Source: an uncultured Clostridia bacterium
Lineage (GTDB): Bacteria > Bacillota > Clostridia > TANB77 > CAG-508
Direction of reading: 5' to 3'
Length of the DNA: 64,000 bases
NCBI GenBank assembly: GCA_947627185.1
Contig: CANQVF010000006.1
Span: 3,208 to 67,207, forward strand
The notes below the pieces were generated by a model, which worked only from the letters and a program-made list of their open reading frames with translations, made no database searches and was not told the DNA's origin. The position numbers and the translations under genes were made by a program. This document shows positions 29,493-40,334 of the stretch, piece after piece. The stretch's first letter is position 1, and each line of letters starts with the position of its first letter.

Positions 29493-30119
29493 ATGAAAGA
29501 GTTTTTTAAAGGAATTGGTAGAGTAATTATTAGAACTGCTATATTTGCATATTGCAAAATTGTATATAGAATAAAAATTATTGGAAAAGAAAATATACCA
29601 AAAGAAGGGGCACTTTTATTTTGTGGAAATCATAGAAATTACTTAGACCCGCCTTTAATAGTAGTTACTGCTGGAAGACATATGAGATTTCTTGCAAAAG
29701 AAGAATTAAGAAAAAATCCATTATTTGCTTTTTTAGGAGTTGTTTTTGATGGAATATATGTTAAAAGAGATGAGAAAGATATTACAGCTTTAAAAGAATC
29801 ATTAAAAACATTAAAATCAGGTGGATGTATAGGATTGTTTCCGGAAGGTACTAGAAATGGTTTAGAAAAAAATGATGGAAAAATAAAAAATGGTGCTGCA
29901 TATATGGCTTTAAAATCTAATGCAAAAGTTGTACCAATAGGAATAGTAGGAGAAGCAAAACCATTTACAAAAAATGCAATTATATATGGAAAACCAATAG
30001 ATTTATCAGAATATGCATCAAATAAAAAAATAGAAAAAGAAACTGAGGAAAAGGTAAGTGAAATTATAAAAGAAGAAATAATAAAATTATCAAGTACAGA
30101 GATTAAGAAATTAACATAA
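29493..30119 (+). CDS. plsC: 1-acyl-sn-glycerol-3-phosphate acyltransferase
   Basis: NHRNYLD, FPEGTR. Confidence 0.92.
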   Translation: MKEFFKGIGRVIIRTAIFAYCKIVYRIKIIGKENIPKEGALLFCGNHRNYLDPPLIVVTAGRHMRFLAKEELRKNPLFAFLGVVFDGIYVKRDEKDITALKESLKTLKSGGCIGLFPEGTRNGLEKNDGKIKNGAAYMALKSNAKVVPIGIVGEAKPFTKNAIIYGKPIDLSEYASNKKIEKETEEKVSEIIKEEIIKLSSTEIKKLT

Positions 30120-30125
30120 TTTCCG

Positions 30126-30154
30126 TTGACAAATAAAAATAGCTAGTATATAAT
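30126..30154 (+). promoter_or_regulatory. Consensus SigA promoter upstream of typA
   Basis: TTGACA-N17-TATAAT. Confidence 0.8.
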
Positions 30155-30157
30155 AGT

Positions 30158-30197
30158 ATAGTTAAATTTGAAGAAAATCAAGTTTAACTATTTTTAT
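30158..30197 (+). terminator. Terminator hairpin (plsC end / typA leader)
   Basis: ATAGTTAAATTTGA-AGAAAA-TCAAGTTTAACTAT followed by T-run. Confidence 0.65.
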
Positions 30198-30294
30198 TGT
30201 GTTAATAGATTTTGTAATAAAATAAAAATTTTAAAACTAAATTTTAAAACAAATTAATTATAATAATGTATAAAGAATAAAAGGGGTAGTAAAA

Positions 30295-32115
30295 ATGAAT
30301 AACCAAAAGATTAGAAATGTAGCAATAATTGCACACGTTGACCATGGAAAAACAACTTTAGTTGATGCAATGCTTAAACAAAGTGGTATATTTAGAAGCA
30401 ATGAACAAGTTGAAGAAAGAGTTATGGATTCTAATGACTTAGAAAAAGAAAGAGGAATTACAATTCTTTCTAAAAATACTGCTGTACATTATGGAGATAT
30501 AAAAATAAACATTGTAGATACACCAGGACATGCAGATTTTGGTGGAGAAGTTGAACGTGTTTTAAAAATGGTAGATGGTGTTGTTTTATTAGTTGATGCT
30601 TTTGAAGGGGCTATGCCTCAAACTAGAGAAGTTTTAAAAAAATCATTAGCATTAAACTTAAAACCAATTGTTGTTATAAATAAAATAGATAGACCAGGTG
30701 CACAACCTTACAAAGTTGTTGATCAAGTTTTAGAATTATTTATAGAACTTGGAGCAAATGATGAACAATTAGAATTTCCAGTTGTATATGCATCTGCAAA
30801 ACAAGGTATTGCAACATTAGATCTAGATAAACCTGGAACTGATTTAAAATGTTTATTTGAAACAATAATAAATTCTATAGATGCACCAAGTTGTGAAATG
30901 GAAGGACCAATGCAAATGTTAGTTTCTAATATAGATTATGATGACTATATTGGAAGAATTTCAATAGGTAGAGTTGAAAGAGGAGAAATTAATTTAAACA
31001 TGCCTGTTGCAATTTGCAAAAATGATAAAACATTAAATGCTAGAGTAACAAAATTGTATTTATATGATGGTTTAAAAAGAATAGAAGTTGAACATGCAGA
31101 AGCAGGAGATATTGTTGCATTATCTGGTGTTGCTGATATTAATATTGGTGATACAATATGTGATTATGAACATCCTGAAAAAATTCCGTTTGTAGATATA
31201 GATGAGCCAACAGTATCTATGACATTTAGTGTTAATAATGGACCTTTTGCAGGAAGAGAAGGAAAATTTATTACTTCAAGACATATTAGAGACAGATTAT
31301 TTAAAGAATTAGATAGAAATGTTAGTTTAAGAGTAAAAGAAACAGATTCACCAGATTCTTTTGAAGTTTCAGGAAGAGGAGAATTACATTTATCTGTGCT
31401 TATAGAAACTATGAGAAGAGAAGGATTTGAACTTTTAGTTTCAAGACCAAAAGTTATTTTAAAAGAAATTAATGGTGTAAAATGCGAACCAATAGAAAGA
31501 TTAGTTGTAAATGTTCCAGATGATTGTGTTGGAAATGTTATAGAAAAATTAGGAAAAAGAAAAGCTGAAATGATTAATATGGAACCAGCAGAAGATGGAC
31601 ATACTAAATTAGAATTTAAAATTCCAGCTAGAGGAATTATAGGTTATAGAACAGAATTCTTAACAGACACAAAAGGTGAAGGAACAATGAATCATATTTT
31701 TGATTGTTATGAAGAATTTAAAGGAGAAATTCAAGCAAGAACAAGAGGAACAATAGTTGCTTTTGAAAATGGAAAATCTATTACTTATGGTTTATATAAT
31801 GCTCAAGATAAAGGAGATTTATTTATAGGACCAGGTGTTGAAGTTTATGAAGGTATGATAGTTGGATTAAATTCTAGAGGAGAAGATTTGGCCATAAATG
31901 TATGTAAAGAAAAACACTTAACAAACACAAGAGCTTCTGGTTCTGATGAAGCATTACGTTTGGTTCCACCAATTCAAATGTCTTTAGAAAAAGCTATTGA
32001 ATTTATACAAGATGATGAACTTGTTGAAGTAACACCTAAAAGCATTAGATTAAGGAAAAAAATACTTAATAATAAAGATAGAGAAAGATCTGCAAGAGCT
32101 AATATGAATAAATAA
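30295..32115 (+). CDS. typA: Translational GTPase TypA/BipA
   Basis: [41 protein letters not shown]. Confidence 0.98.
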   Translation: MNNQKIRNVAIIAHVDHGKTTLVDAMLKQSGIFRSNEQVEERVMDSNDLEKERGITILSKNTAVHYGDIKINIVDTPGHADFGGEVERVLKMVDGVVLLVDAFEGAMPQTREVLKKSLALNLKPIVVINKIDRPGAQPYKVVDQVLELFIELGANDEQLEFPVVYASAKQGIATLDLDKPGTDLKCLFETIINSIDAPSCEMEGPMQMLVSNIDYDDYIGRISIGRVERGEINLNMPVAICKNDKTLNARVTKLYLYDGLKRIEVEHAEAGDIVALSGVADINIGDTICDYEHPEKIPFVDIDEPTVSMTFSVNNGPFAGREGKFITSRHIRDRLFKELDRNVSLRVKETDSPDSFEVSGRGELHLSVLIETMRREGFELLVSRPKVILKEINGVKCEPIERLVVNVPDDCVGNVIEKLGKRKAEMINMEPAEDGHTKLEFKIPARGIIGYRTEFLTDTKGEGTMNHIFDCYEEFKGEIQARTRGTIVAFENGKSITYGLYNAQDKGDLFIGPGVEVYEGMIVGLNSRGEDLAINVCKEKHLTNTRASGSDEALRLVPPIQMSLEKAIEFIQDDELVEVTPKSIRLRKKILNNKDRERSARANMNK

Positions 32116-32116
32116 T

Positions 32117-32164
32117 AAAAACCCCGCTTTGTAACGCGCACGAACGATACTAAGCGGGTTTTTT
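32117..32164. terminator. Bidirectional terminator
   Basis: AAAAACCCCGCTT...AAGCGGGTTTTTT. Confidence 0.75.
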
Positions 32165-32170
32165 CAAAGG

Positions 32171-32485
32171 TTAGTTTTTCTTTGAAGATTGTGGGGAATA
32201 GTATAATAATTCATGCTCCCCTACAAGATTAGGTGCCTTTCTGTACGCAATGAATGGCTTGTTTACATCAATGTGTGATATGGAAAGATACTCACCACTT
32301 TGAATCATGTCATACAGATAGACATTCTTTTCAAAAAAGGAAAAATCTGTTTTCGGACTTTCTAAGCTTTTAATACTGAAAATCAAATTCATGTGCTCTG
32401 CCGAAGATGCTAGAAGCATCCGGTCAATCAAATCAACGCCAAAGTCCTCTAGAATGTCAAATGCTTTTTGTTTTTTGTAGTTCAT
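32171..32485 (-). CDS. Orphan hypothetical protein, compositionally atypical
   Basis: SD GGAGG, own promoter TTGTTA-N17-TATAAT (32558-32530), terminator downstream. Confidence 0.65.
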   Translation of the reverse strand: MNYKKQKAFDILEDFGVDLIDRMLLASSAEHMNLIFSIKSLESPKTDFSFFEKNVYLYDMIQSGEYLSISHIDVNKPFIAYRKAPNLVGEHELLYYSPQSSKKN

Positions 32486-32655
32486 TTCCTTTCCTCCAAT
32501 CCTTTTGATAAAAAAACCGTGCTAAATTCATTATACCATATATTAAGGCAAATAACAAATTAATAGTTGTTGAAAGCTTATTTAAGAAAAATATAATTAA
32601 ATATTAAAATAAAATTAAAAATAAAGATTACTATAAATTTAAAAATATAAAATTA

Positions 32656-33270
32656 ATGGAGAAAAAAATGATTAATTTAGAAGAATTTAAAATAATGAAG
32701 AAAAAAGCTTTAGAAAATCATATTCCAATTATAATGGATGATACTTTAGAAAAAATAAAGGAAATTTTGAAGGAAAAAAATCCTCAAAGAATTTTAGAAA
32801 TTGGAACAGCAGTTGGATATTCAGCAACATGTTTTGCAATGTATACATCAGAGAACTGTATAATAGATACAATAGAACTAGATGAACAAAGGGCAAAAGA
32901 AGCAATTCAAAATGTAAAAAAAATTGGTGTAGATAAAAAAATAAATATTATGATTGGCAATGCTGTAGATATACTTCCAACACTAAAAAATGAATATGAT
33001 TTAGTATTTATTGATGCAGCAAAAAGCAAATATTCTATTTTTCTAGAAGAAGGACTAAGACTTATTAAAAATGGAGGAATTATTTTAGCTGATAATATTT
33101 TGTACAAAGGTTATGTTATGAGTGATTATAATAAACACAAACAAAGAACAGCTGTAAGACATTTAAGAGAATATATAAAAGAAGTTACAGAAAATCCTAA
33201 TTTAGAAACAGAAATTTTAGAAATAGGAGATGGATTAGCAGTAACAAAAGTAAAGAATAAAGTTCTTTGA
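32656..33270 (+). CDS. O-methyltransferase (YrrM/TrmR-like)
   Basis: ILEIGTAVGYSA, VFIDAAK, ADNIL, GDGL. Confidence 0.9.
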   Translation: MEKKMINLEEFKIMKKKALENHIPIIMDDTLEKIKEILKEKNPQRILEIGTAVGYSATCFAMYTSENCIIDTIELDEQRAKEAIQNVKKIGVDKKINIMIGNAVDILPTLKNEYDLVFIDAAKSKYSIFLEEGLRLIKNGGIILADNILYKGYVMSDYNKHKQRTAVRHLREYIKEVTENPNLETEILEIGDGLAVTKVKNKVL

Positions 33271-33299
33271 TTGACTAATTTTATAGATTGTAATAAAAT
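33271..33299 (+). promoter_or_regulatory. SigA-type promoter of glmU
   Basis: TTGACT-N17-TAAAAT. Confidence 0.65.
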
Positions 33300-33369
33300 G
33301 TTTTAAACATTTTGTATAAATTTAAAATAAAATAAATATATAAACTTTTAAAGAATAAGAGGTGTTTTT

Positions 33370-34641
33370 ATGATTATTGATAATGAAGAAATATTTGTTA
33401 CTACAATAATAATGGCTGCTGGAAAAGGAACAAGAATGAAATCTAATAAATCAAAATTAGTCCATAAAATTTATGATAAAGAACTTGTAAAAAGAGTTGC
33501 AGAAGTAGCTGAAAAAGTAGGTTCAGATGAAATAATTACAGTTGTTGGACACTTGAGAGAACAAGTAGAAGCTGTTCTTGGTAATTCTGTAAAATATGCT
33601 TATCAAGAGGAACTTCTAGGTACTGGTCATGCTGTTATGCAAGCAACTAAATTTTTAGAAGGAAAGAAAGGAAAAGCAATCATACTTTATGGTGATGTTC
33701 CGATTTTAAGACCAGAAACTTTAAAAAATTTATTGTCAAAAAGTATAAAAAACAAAGAATATGCTACTCTTTTAACAGCAATTTATGAAAATCCTACTGG
33801 ATATGGAAGAATTATTCGTGATGAAGGTGGAAATATTAAGGCAATTGTTGAAGAAAAAGATGCAAATATGTTTGAAAAAGAAATAAAAGAAATAAATTCT
33901 GGAATTTATTGTTTTGATATAGAAGAACTATTATATGCTTTAAAAAAATTAACACCTAATAATGTTCAAGGTGAATATTACTTAACTGATGTTATAAAAA
34001 TAATGAATGATAAAGGTTTAAAAACAGGTGCTGTTATTGTAGAAGATAATACAGAAATATTGGGTGTAAATGATAGAACACAATTGGAGCTTTTAACAAG
34101 AGTTTTAAGAATGAGAATTAATGCTTATCATATGTCAAATGGTGTTACTATTGAAGATTCTAATTCAACTTATATTCATGATGATGTAAAAATAGGAGTA
34201 GATACTGTTATACATCCAAATACAACAATAAAAGGTGGTGTTGTAATAGGAAATAATTGTGAAATAGGACCAAATGCATATATTAGAGAAAATTGTATGA
34301 TTGGTAACAATGTAAAAGTTGGAAACTTTGTAGAAATTAAGAAAACAAAAGTTGGAGACAGAACAAAACTACCACATTTTATTTATTTTGGTGATACAGA
34401 AATTGGAGAAGATTGTAATGTCGGATGTGGTACAATAACTTGTAATTATGATGGAAAAGAAAAACATCAAACTAAAATAGGAAATAGAGTTTTTATTGGT
34501 TCAAATGTAAATTTAGTTGCACCAGTCATTTTAGGTGATGATGTTTTGATAGCTGCTGGTTCTACAATTACTGAAGATGTTCCATCAGGAAAAATGGGAA
34601 TTGCAAGGGAAAGACAAATAAATAAAGATAGAAAAAAATAA
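33370..34641 (+). CDS. glmU: Bifunctional UDP-GlcNAc pyrophosphorylase/glucosamine-1-P acetyltransferase
   Basis: MAAGKGTRMKS, GTGHAV, hexapeptide repeats, CNYDG. Confidence 0.96.
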   Translation: MIIDNEEIFVTTIIMAAGKGTRMKSNKSKLVHKIYDKELVKRVAEVAEKVGSDEIITVVGHLREQVEAVLGNSVKYAYQEELLGTGHAVMQATKFLEGKKGKAIILYGDVPILRPETLKNLLSKSIKNKEYATLLTAIYENPTGYGRIIRDEGGNIKAIVEEKDANMFEKEIKEINSGIYCFDIEELLYALKKLTPNNVQGEYYLTDVIKIMNDKGLKTGAVIVEDNTEILGVNDRTQLELLTRVLRMRINAYHMSNGVTIEDSNSTYIHDDVKIGVDTVIHPNTTIKGGVVIGNNCEIGPNAYIRENCMIGNNVKVGNFVEIKKTKVGDRTKLPHFIYFGDTEIGEDCNVGCGTITCNYDGKEKHQTKIGNRVFIGSNVNLVAPVILGDDVLIAAGSTITEDVPSGKMGIARERQINKDRKK

Positions 34642-34704
34642 ATATAAGGAGAAAAATAAGTAATAGCTATTTATATTATAGTTATTACTTATAATAATGT
34701 AAAA

Positions 34705-35889
34705 ATGAATAATAAAAAAACATACGAAAAAATTATTGAAAATAGATTTACAATATCAGGAATATTAATTGTTGTCTTAGGAATTGTAGGATTTTTTATT
34801 AATAATATAAATATTAAAGATTGGTTTTTAACTACTGATAAATTATTTTGTTTTTGGTGGAATATTAAATTTTTTGCATTATTTTTATTAAGTTATGATT
34901 TATTTTTTATTATTTCTAACCAAAATAAAAAATTATCACTAATAGGTACAATATTAATTGTTTTTTCTAGTGTTGTTCAATGGAATATGAATAATATAGA
35001 TTCTTTAATAATAGCAGAATTATTAACTGTGCTTGTTCAAAAATTTTTTGAAAAAGATAAAAAAATTTTAATTTCAATTTTGTTTATTATTTTTTCAATT
35101 ATATATACATTTACATTTAGACCTTATGCAATAGCTTTTGGATATTTATTTTTAGCTTTAATTGTATGGATAATATTAAAAAATGTTTATCTTATTAAAA
35201 ATAATAAAAAAGAAATTTTATTAGGAATTTTTACTTTTTTGTTAAGTGCAGTTGCAATGATAATTTGCTATTGTTTTTTTAATAACAATAATATTGAATA
35301 TTTAGAAATGAAGCAAAAAGGAATATCAATTTTATATTCTTACTTATATAGCATATTATTACCTTTTTATAATTTAGAAGGAAAAGAATTAATTAGTAGT
35401 TTTATGTGTGTTTTTCCAATTCCAATGATTATTTCACTATATTATTTATATAAAAAAGAAAATCATTCAGAATTTTTATTACCATTAACAATGGTAATTG
35501 TTTTAGAAACAGCATTTTGTATATCTGGATTTCCAGAAATAATTTCTAAAGTAACTTTATTTTCAGAAACAAATGCTTTAAGAACAATGGCATCTGTTTC
35601 ACTTGGAAATTTGTTTTTAATATTTTATTTTTTAGGAAATATTGATGAAGAACTATTTAAAATAAAATATTCAATGAGAATTACCATATTAGTTACTTGC
35701 ACATTGATATTTATTAATTTTCCAATAGCTTTTGCAAGTAAAAAATATATGTATTTATTTGTATGTGAACTTACAACACTTACATTTTTATTTTTAAATT
35801 ATTCTGATAAAAAATATCAAAAAGTTTTTCTGTTTTTTTTAGTATTATTTACATTAATATCAGGAATACCTGTTAATTTTATAGTCTAA
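34705..35889 (+). CDS. Polytopic membrane protein, probably glycan-related
   Basis: About 11-12 TM helices; sits at the start of the glycan locus. Confidence 0.7.
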   Translation: MNNKKTYEKIIENRFTISGILIVVLGIVGFFINNINIKDWFLTTDKLFCFWWNIKFFALFLLSYDLFFIISNQNKKLSLIGTILIVFSSVVQWNMNNIDSLIIAELLTVLVQKFFEKDKKILISILFIIFSIIYTFTFRPYAIAFGYLFLALIVWIILKNVYLIKNNKKEILLGIFTFLLSAVAMIICYCFFNNNNIEYLEMKQKGISILYSYLYSILLPFYNLEGKELISSFMCVFPIPMIISLYYLYKKENHSEFLLPLTMVIVLETAFCISGFPEIISKVTLFSETNALRTMASVSLGNLFLIFYFLGNIDEELFKIKYSMRITILVTCTLIFINFPIAFASKKYMYLFVCELTTLTFLFLNYSDKKYQKVFLFFLVLFTLISGIPVNFIV

Positions 35890-35935
35890 AAAATGTGAAA
35901 ATTTTGTGATGAATGTGGAAAATATGTAAAAACCT

Positions 35936-35963
35936 TTGACAAGTGTTTTTGCTATGATATAAT
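35936..35963 (+). promoter_or_regulatory. SigA-type promoter of rmlD-rmlA
   Basis: TTGACA-N16-TATAAT with extended TG. Confidence 0.75.
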
Positions 35964-35991
35964 GTGTGCATTGAAATAATAAAAAGAAAGG

Positions 35992-36888
35992 ATGTTAGAT
36001 ATAAGTTCTAACAAAATAAAAGATAATATGAAAAAAGTGTTTTTAATTGGAGCAGATGGAATGCTTGGAGGAGAATTAAAAGAAAGATTAGAAAAAAATT
36101 ATGAAGTAGTAGGAACAACAATAGAAACTTTAGACATTTGTGATAAATCAGCAGTTCTTGCTAAAGCAAAAGAAATAAAGCCATATTTTATAATTAATTG
36201 TGCTGCATTTACAAATGTTGATGCTTGCGAAGTAAAAGAAGATTTAGCATTAGCTGTTAATGGAACAGCATTAGAAAATATTGCTGAAGCTGCAAAACAA
36301 GAAAATGCTACATTAATACATATTAGTACAGATTATGTTTTTGCAGGAAATAAACCAATAAATGAAATATACACAGAAGATATGGAGCCAAATCCAGTTA
36401 GTGCTTATGGTAGAACAAAATTAGTTGGTGAACAAAATGCTAAAAAAGCAGGAAAATATTATATTTTAAGAACAGCTTGGCTTTATGGATTAGGTGGAAA
36501 AAATTTTGTAAAAACAATGCTTAAATTATCTGAAAATCATGATGAAATATCTGTTGTAGATGACCAACACGGAAGCCCAACTTCAACAACAACACTTTGT
36601 GAAATTATAGAAAAAATCATGGAAAAAGAACCAGAGTATGGTATATATCATTCAACAAATGAAGGCTTTACAACATGGTGTAAATTTACAAAGAAAATAT
36701 TTGAATATGCTAACATTAAAACAAATGTTAAAGCAATAACTTCAGAAGAATATAAAGAAATGTATCCTGCATCTAGTGATAGACCAAAGAATAGTCAGCT
36801 ATCAAAAGATAAATTAAAAAGTGTTGGAATAATTCCAGCAAATTGGGAGGATGCTTTAAAAGAATATTTAAAGGAGGAATTAAAATAA
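35992..36888 (+). CDS. rmlD: dTDP-4-dehydrorhamnose reductase
   Basis: [30 protein letters not shown] (start 35992 or 36028). Confidence 0.95.
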   Translation: MLDISSNKIKDNMKKVFLIGADGMLGGELKERLEKNYEVVGTTIETLDICDKSAVLAKAKEIKPYFIINCAAFTNVDACEVKEDLALAVNGTALENIAEAAKQENATLIHISTDYVFAGNKPINEIYTEDMEPNPVSAYGRTKLVGEQNAKKAGKYYILRTAWLYGLGGKNFVKTMLKLSENHDEISVVDDQHGSPTSTTTLCEIIEKIMEKEPEYGIYHSTNEGFTTWCKFTKKIFEYANIKTNVKAITSEEYKEMYPASSDRPKNSQLSKDKLKSVGIIPANWEDALKEYLKEELK

Positions 36889-37805
36889 TGAAAGGTATTA
36901 TTTTAGCAGGAGGTAGTGCTACAAGATTATATCCTATAACACTAGCTGTATCAAAGCAAATGTTACCAGTATATGATAAACCAATGATTTACTATCCTTT
37001 GTCAACTTTAATGATGGCAGGAATTAGAGAAGTATTAATCATTTCTACACCAGTTCATTTACCAGCATTTAAAAGTCTATTAGGTGATGGTTCTAGATTT
37101 GGAATGAAATTAGAATATAAAGTTCAAGAAAAACCTGTTGGACTAGCTGATGCTTTTATACTTGGAGAAGAATTTATAGGAAAAGATAATGTTGCTTTAA
37201 TATTAGGTGACAATATGATATATGGTTCTAGAGTTGAAAGAGTTTTAAAAGCTGCTAGTCGTTTAAAAGAAGGTGGAATTATTTTTGGATATCAAGTTGC
37301 AGATCCAACATCTTATGGAGTTGTAGAAATTGATAAATCTGGTACAGCCTTATCCATAGAAGAAAAACCAGAAAATCCAAAATCAAATTTTGCAGTTCCA
37401 GGAATTTATTTTTATGATAATGAAGTTGTAAAAATTGCAAAATCTATAAAACCTTCAGATAGAGGAGAATTAGAAATAACAGATGTAAATAAAAAATATA
37501 TGGAGCAAGGCAAATTGCATGTTATACCATTAGGTAATGGCTATGCTTGGTTTGATACAGGTTCTGCTGATAGATTATCAGATGCTTCAGATTATGTAAA
37601 AGCAATAGAATTAAGACAAGGAACACAAATAGCATGTTTAGAAGAAATTGCATATAGAAATGAATGGATTTCTAAAGAAAGTTTATTAGTTGAAGCGGAA
37701 AAATACAAAAAAACAGAATATGGAAAATATTTAAAAAGAATAGCACAGCAAGATTATAGAGAATATAAAGAAATATATGAAAGTAATTTGTTTGATGCAA
37801 ATTAA
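36888..37805 (+). CDS. rmlA: Glucose-1-phosphate thymidylyltransferase
   Basis: [35 protein letters not shown] and TAATG coupling give start 36888. Confidence 0.96.
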   Translation: MKGIILAGGSATRLYPITLAVSKQMLPVYDKPMIYYPLSTLMMAGIREVLIISTPVHLPAFKSLLGDGSRFGMKLEYKVQEKPVGLADAFILGEEFIGKDNVALILGDNMIYGSRVERVLKAASRLKEGGIIFGYQVADPTSYGVVEIDKSGTALSIEEKPENPKSNFAVPGIYFYDNEVVKIAKSIKPSDRGELEITDVNKKYMEQGKLHVIPLGNGYAWFDTGSADRLSDASDYVKAIELRQGTQIACLEEIAYRNEWISKESLLVEAEKYKKTEYGKYLKRIAQQDYREYKEIYESNLFDAN

Positions 37806-37821
37806 AATTGAAAATACATAT

Positions 37822-37860
37822 AATATTGAGCTGTAAATTTTTTACAGCTTAATATTTTTT
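37822..37860 (+). terminator. Intrinsic terminator
   Basis: AATATTGAGCTGTAAA...TTTACAGCTTAATATTTTTT. Confidence 0.75.
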
Positions 37861-37939
37861 AATAACATATATACTTGAAAAATAATATATTTTTTGATAT
37901 AAAATAGTAGATAAATTTTAAAAAGTAAAGGAGAAAAAA

Positions 37940-38524
37940 ATGGGCAAATTTACTAGAATTGATACTTCAATAGATGGAGTTTATGTAGTAGAACCAACAG
38001 TATTTGGAGATAACAGAGGTTATTTCATGGAAACATATAGTAAAACAGATTTTGAAGAAATTGGAATAACAAATGATTTTGTGCAAGATAATCAATCAAA
38101 ATCAAAAAAAGGAGTTTTAAGAGGATTGCATTTTCAAAAAGAAAATACACAAGCTAAACTTGTTAGATGCATAAAAGGCGAAGTATTTGATGTTGCAGTT
38201 GACTTAAGACCAGGAAGTAAAACTTATGGAAAATGGGAAGGTGTAATCTTATCTGAAGAAAATAAAAAGATGTTTATGATTCCTAGAGGATTTGCTCATG
38301 GATTTTTAGTTCTTTCAGAAGAAGCAGAATTTAGTTATAAATGTGATGATGTATATAATCATTCAGCAGAAGGCGGATTGAAATGGAATGATCCAGAAAT
38401 AGGTATTGTTTGGCCAGAAGTTCCAGGAATGAAACCAGATGAATATTTAACATCAGAAAAAGATGGTAAATGGCCAACACTTAATGAATTAAGAAATACA
38501 GATTTATTTTCTAATTTAAAATAA
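37940..38524 (+). CDS. rmlC: dTDP-4-dehydrorhamnose 3,5-epimerase
   Basis: DNRGYFME, GVLRGLHFQ, GFAHGF. Confidence 0.96.
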   Translation: MGKFTRIDTSIDGVYVVEPTVFGDNRGYFMETYSKTDFEEIGITNDFVQDNQSKSKKGVLRGLHFQKENTQAKLVRCIKGEVFDVAVDLRPGSKTYGKWEGVILSEENKKMFMIPRGFAHGFLVLSEEAEFSYKCDDVYNHSAEGGLKWNDPEIGIVWPEVPGMKPDEYLTSEKDGKWPTLNELRNTDLFSNLK

Positions 38525-38549
38525 ATTTATGTATATGCGTTTTTGATGG

Positions 38550-39341
38550 ATGGAAATTAAAATGATAGATATAGTAAAAGCCAAAAAATATTTTAAAGAA
38601 TATGTTTCAAAATATGATGTACTAGATTCAAGAATTAAACTAAAAATTATTCATATAAATCATGTTTCAGAAAATTCAAAACAAATTGCTAAATTTTTAG
38701 ATTTATCTAAAGAAGAACAAGATTTAGCAGAATTAATAGGATTACTTCATGATATAGGAAGATTTGAACAATTAAGAATATATGGTACTTTTTCAGATAA
38801 AGTTAGTATAAATCATGCTGAAAAAGGGGTAGAAATATTATTTAAAGATAATATAATTAGAAACTTTATTGAAGATACAACTTATGATGATATAATATAT
38901 AAAGCTGTTAAAAATCATAATTTACTTAAAATTGAAGAAAATCTTTTATCTAAAGAAGAATTATTACATAGCAAAATAATTAGAGATGCAGATAAATTAG
39001 ATATTTTTAGAGTGTTTTTAGAGAGTAAATTAGAAGATTGTGTACACATAGAAACAGAAGATGTATCAAAAGAAATTTTAAGTGAAGAATATTTTGAAGA
39101 TTTTTCAAAACAAAAATTATTATTGTATGCTAATATAAAAACTAATATGGATTTTATGGTTGCTTGTTTATCTTATATATATGATTTTAATTTTGTTGAT
39201 ACTTTAAAAATTGTTAAAGAAAAAGATTATATAAATAAAATTATTAAAAAAATAGATGCTAAAGACCCATATACAAAAGAAAAATTAGATGAAATTGGTG
39301 TTATGGCTATGAACTTTATAAATAAAAGAATAAATAATTAA
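38550..39341 (+). CDS. HD-domain phosphohydrolase
   Basis: GLLHDIGRF, IRDADKLDI. Confidence 0.88.
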   Translation: MEIKMIDIVKAKKYFKEYVSKYDVLDSRIKLKIIHINHVSENSKQIAKFLDLSKEEQDLAELIGLLHDIGRFEQLRIYGTFSDKVSINHAEKGVEILFKDNIIRNFIEDTTYDDIIYKAVKNHNLLKIEENLLSKEELLHSKIIRDADKLDIFRVFLESKLEDCVHIETEDVSKEILSEEYFEDFSKQKLLLYANIKTNMDFMVACLSYIYDFNFVDTLKIVKEKDYINKIIKKIDAKDPYTKEKLDEIGVMAMNFINKRINN

Positions 39342-39359
39342 TTTTTTAGGAGGAAAAAA

Positions 39360-40331
39360 ATGAAAAATATATTAGTTACAGGTGCAGCAGGTTTTATAGG
39401 TGCTAATTTTGCAGAATTAATGGTAAAAAAATATGAAGGTAAATATAACATTATAGTATATGATAAATTAACTTATGCAGGAAACTTACATAATTTAGAT
39501 GGAATAAAAGATAAAATTACTTTTGTAAAAGGAGATATATGTGATTTTGATTTTGTAATGGAAACATACAAAAAATATAATATTGATAGCATAGTTCATT
39601 TTGCAGCAGAATCACATGTAGATAATAGCATTAAAAATCCTTTTATATTTACACATACAAATGTAATTGGAACACACACACTTTTAGAAGCTGCAAAACA
39701 ATTTTGGGGTGAAGGAAGTGAGAATAAATTTGTACATGTTTCAACAGATGAAGTTTATGGAACACTTGGAGAAACAGGATATTTTACAGAAACTTCTCCT
39801 ATTAAACCAAATAGTCCATATTCAGCATCAAAAGCATCATCAGATTTAGTTGCTTTAGCTTATAGTGAAACATATAAAATGAATGTAAGTGTAACAAATT
39901 GTTCAAATAATTATGGACCATATCAACATCATGAAAAATTAATACCACACATGATTTCTATGGCATTAAAAGATCAAAAATTACCAGTATATGGACAAGG
40001 ATTAAATATTAGAGATTGGCTTTATGTAGAAGATCATTGTGAAGCTATTGATATAATTTTACATAAAGGTAAAAAAGGTGAAAGATATAATATTGGTGGA
40101 CACAATGAAAAAAGGAATATAGAAATAGTAAAACTAATTTTGGAAAGACTTGGAAAACCAGAATCACTAATTTCTTACGTTGAAGATAGAAAAGGACATG
40201 ATTATAGATATGCAATTGATCCTACTAAATTAAAAAATGAGTTTGGTTGGGAACCAAAAACAATGTTTAAGGATGGAATTGTTAAAACTATAGATTGGTA
40301 TTTAGCACATCCTGAATATTTAATGAAATAA
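39360..40331 (+). CDS. rmlB: dTDP-glucose 4,6-dehydratase
   Basis: TGAAGFIG, HFAAESHVD, VSTDEVYG, YSASK. Confidence 0.96.
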   Translation: MKNILVTGAAGFIGANFAELMVKKYEGKYNIIVYDKLTYAGNLHNLDGIKDKITFVKGDICDFDFVMETYKKYNIDSIVHFAAESHVDNSIKNPFIFTHTNVIGTHTLLEAAKQFWGEGSENKFVHVSTDEVYGTLGETGYFTETSPIKPNSPYSASKASSDLVALAYSETYKMNVSVTNCSNNYGPYQHHEKLIPHMISMALKDQKLPVYGQGLNIRDWLYVEDHCEAIDIILHKGKKGERYNIGGHNEKRNIEIVKLILERLGKPESLISYVEDRKGHDYRYAIDPTKLKNEFGWEPKTMFKDGIVKTIDWYLAHPEYLMK

Positions 40332-40334
40332 AAA

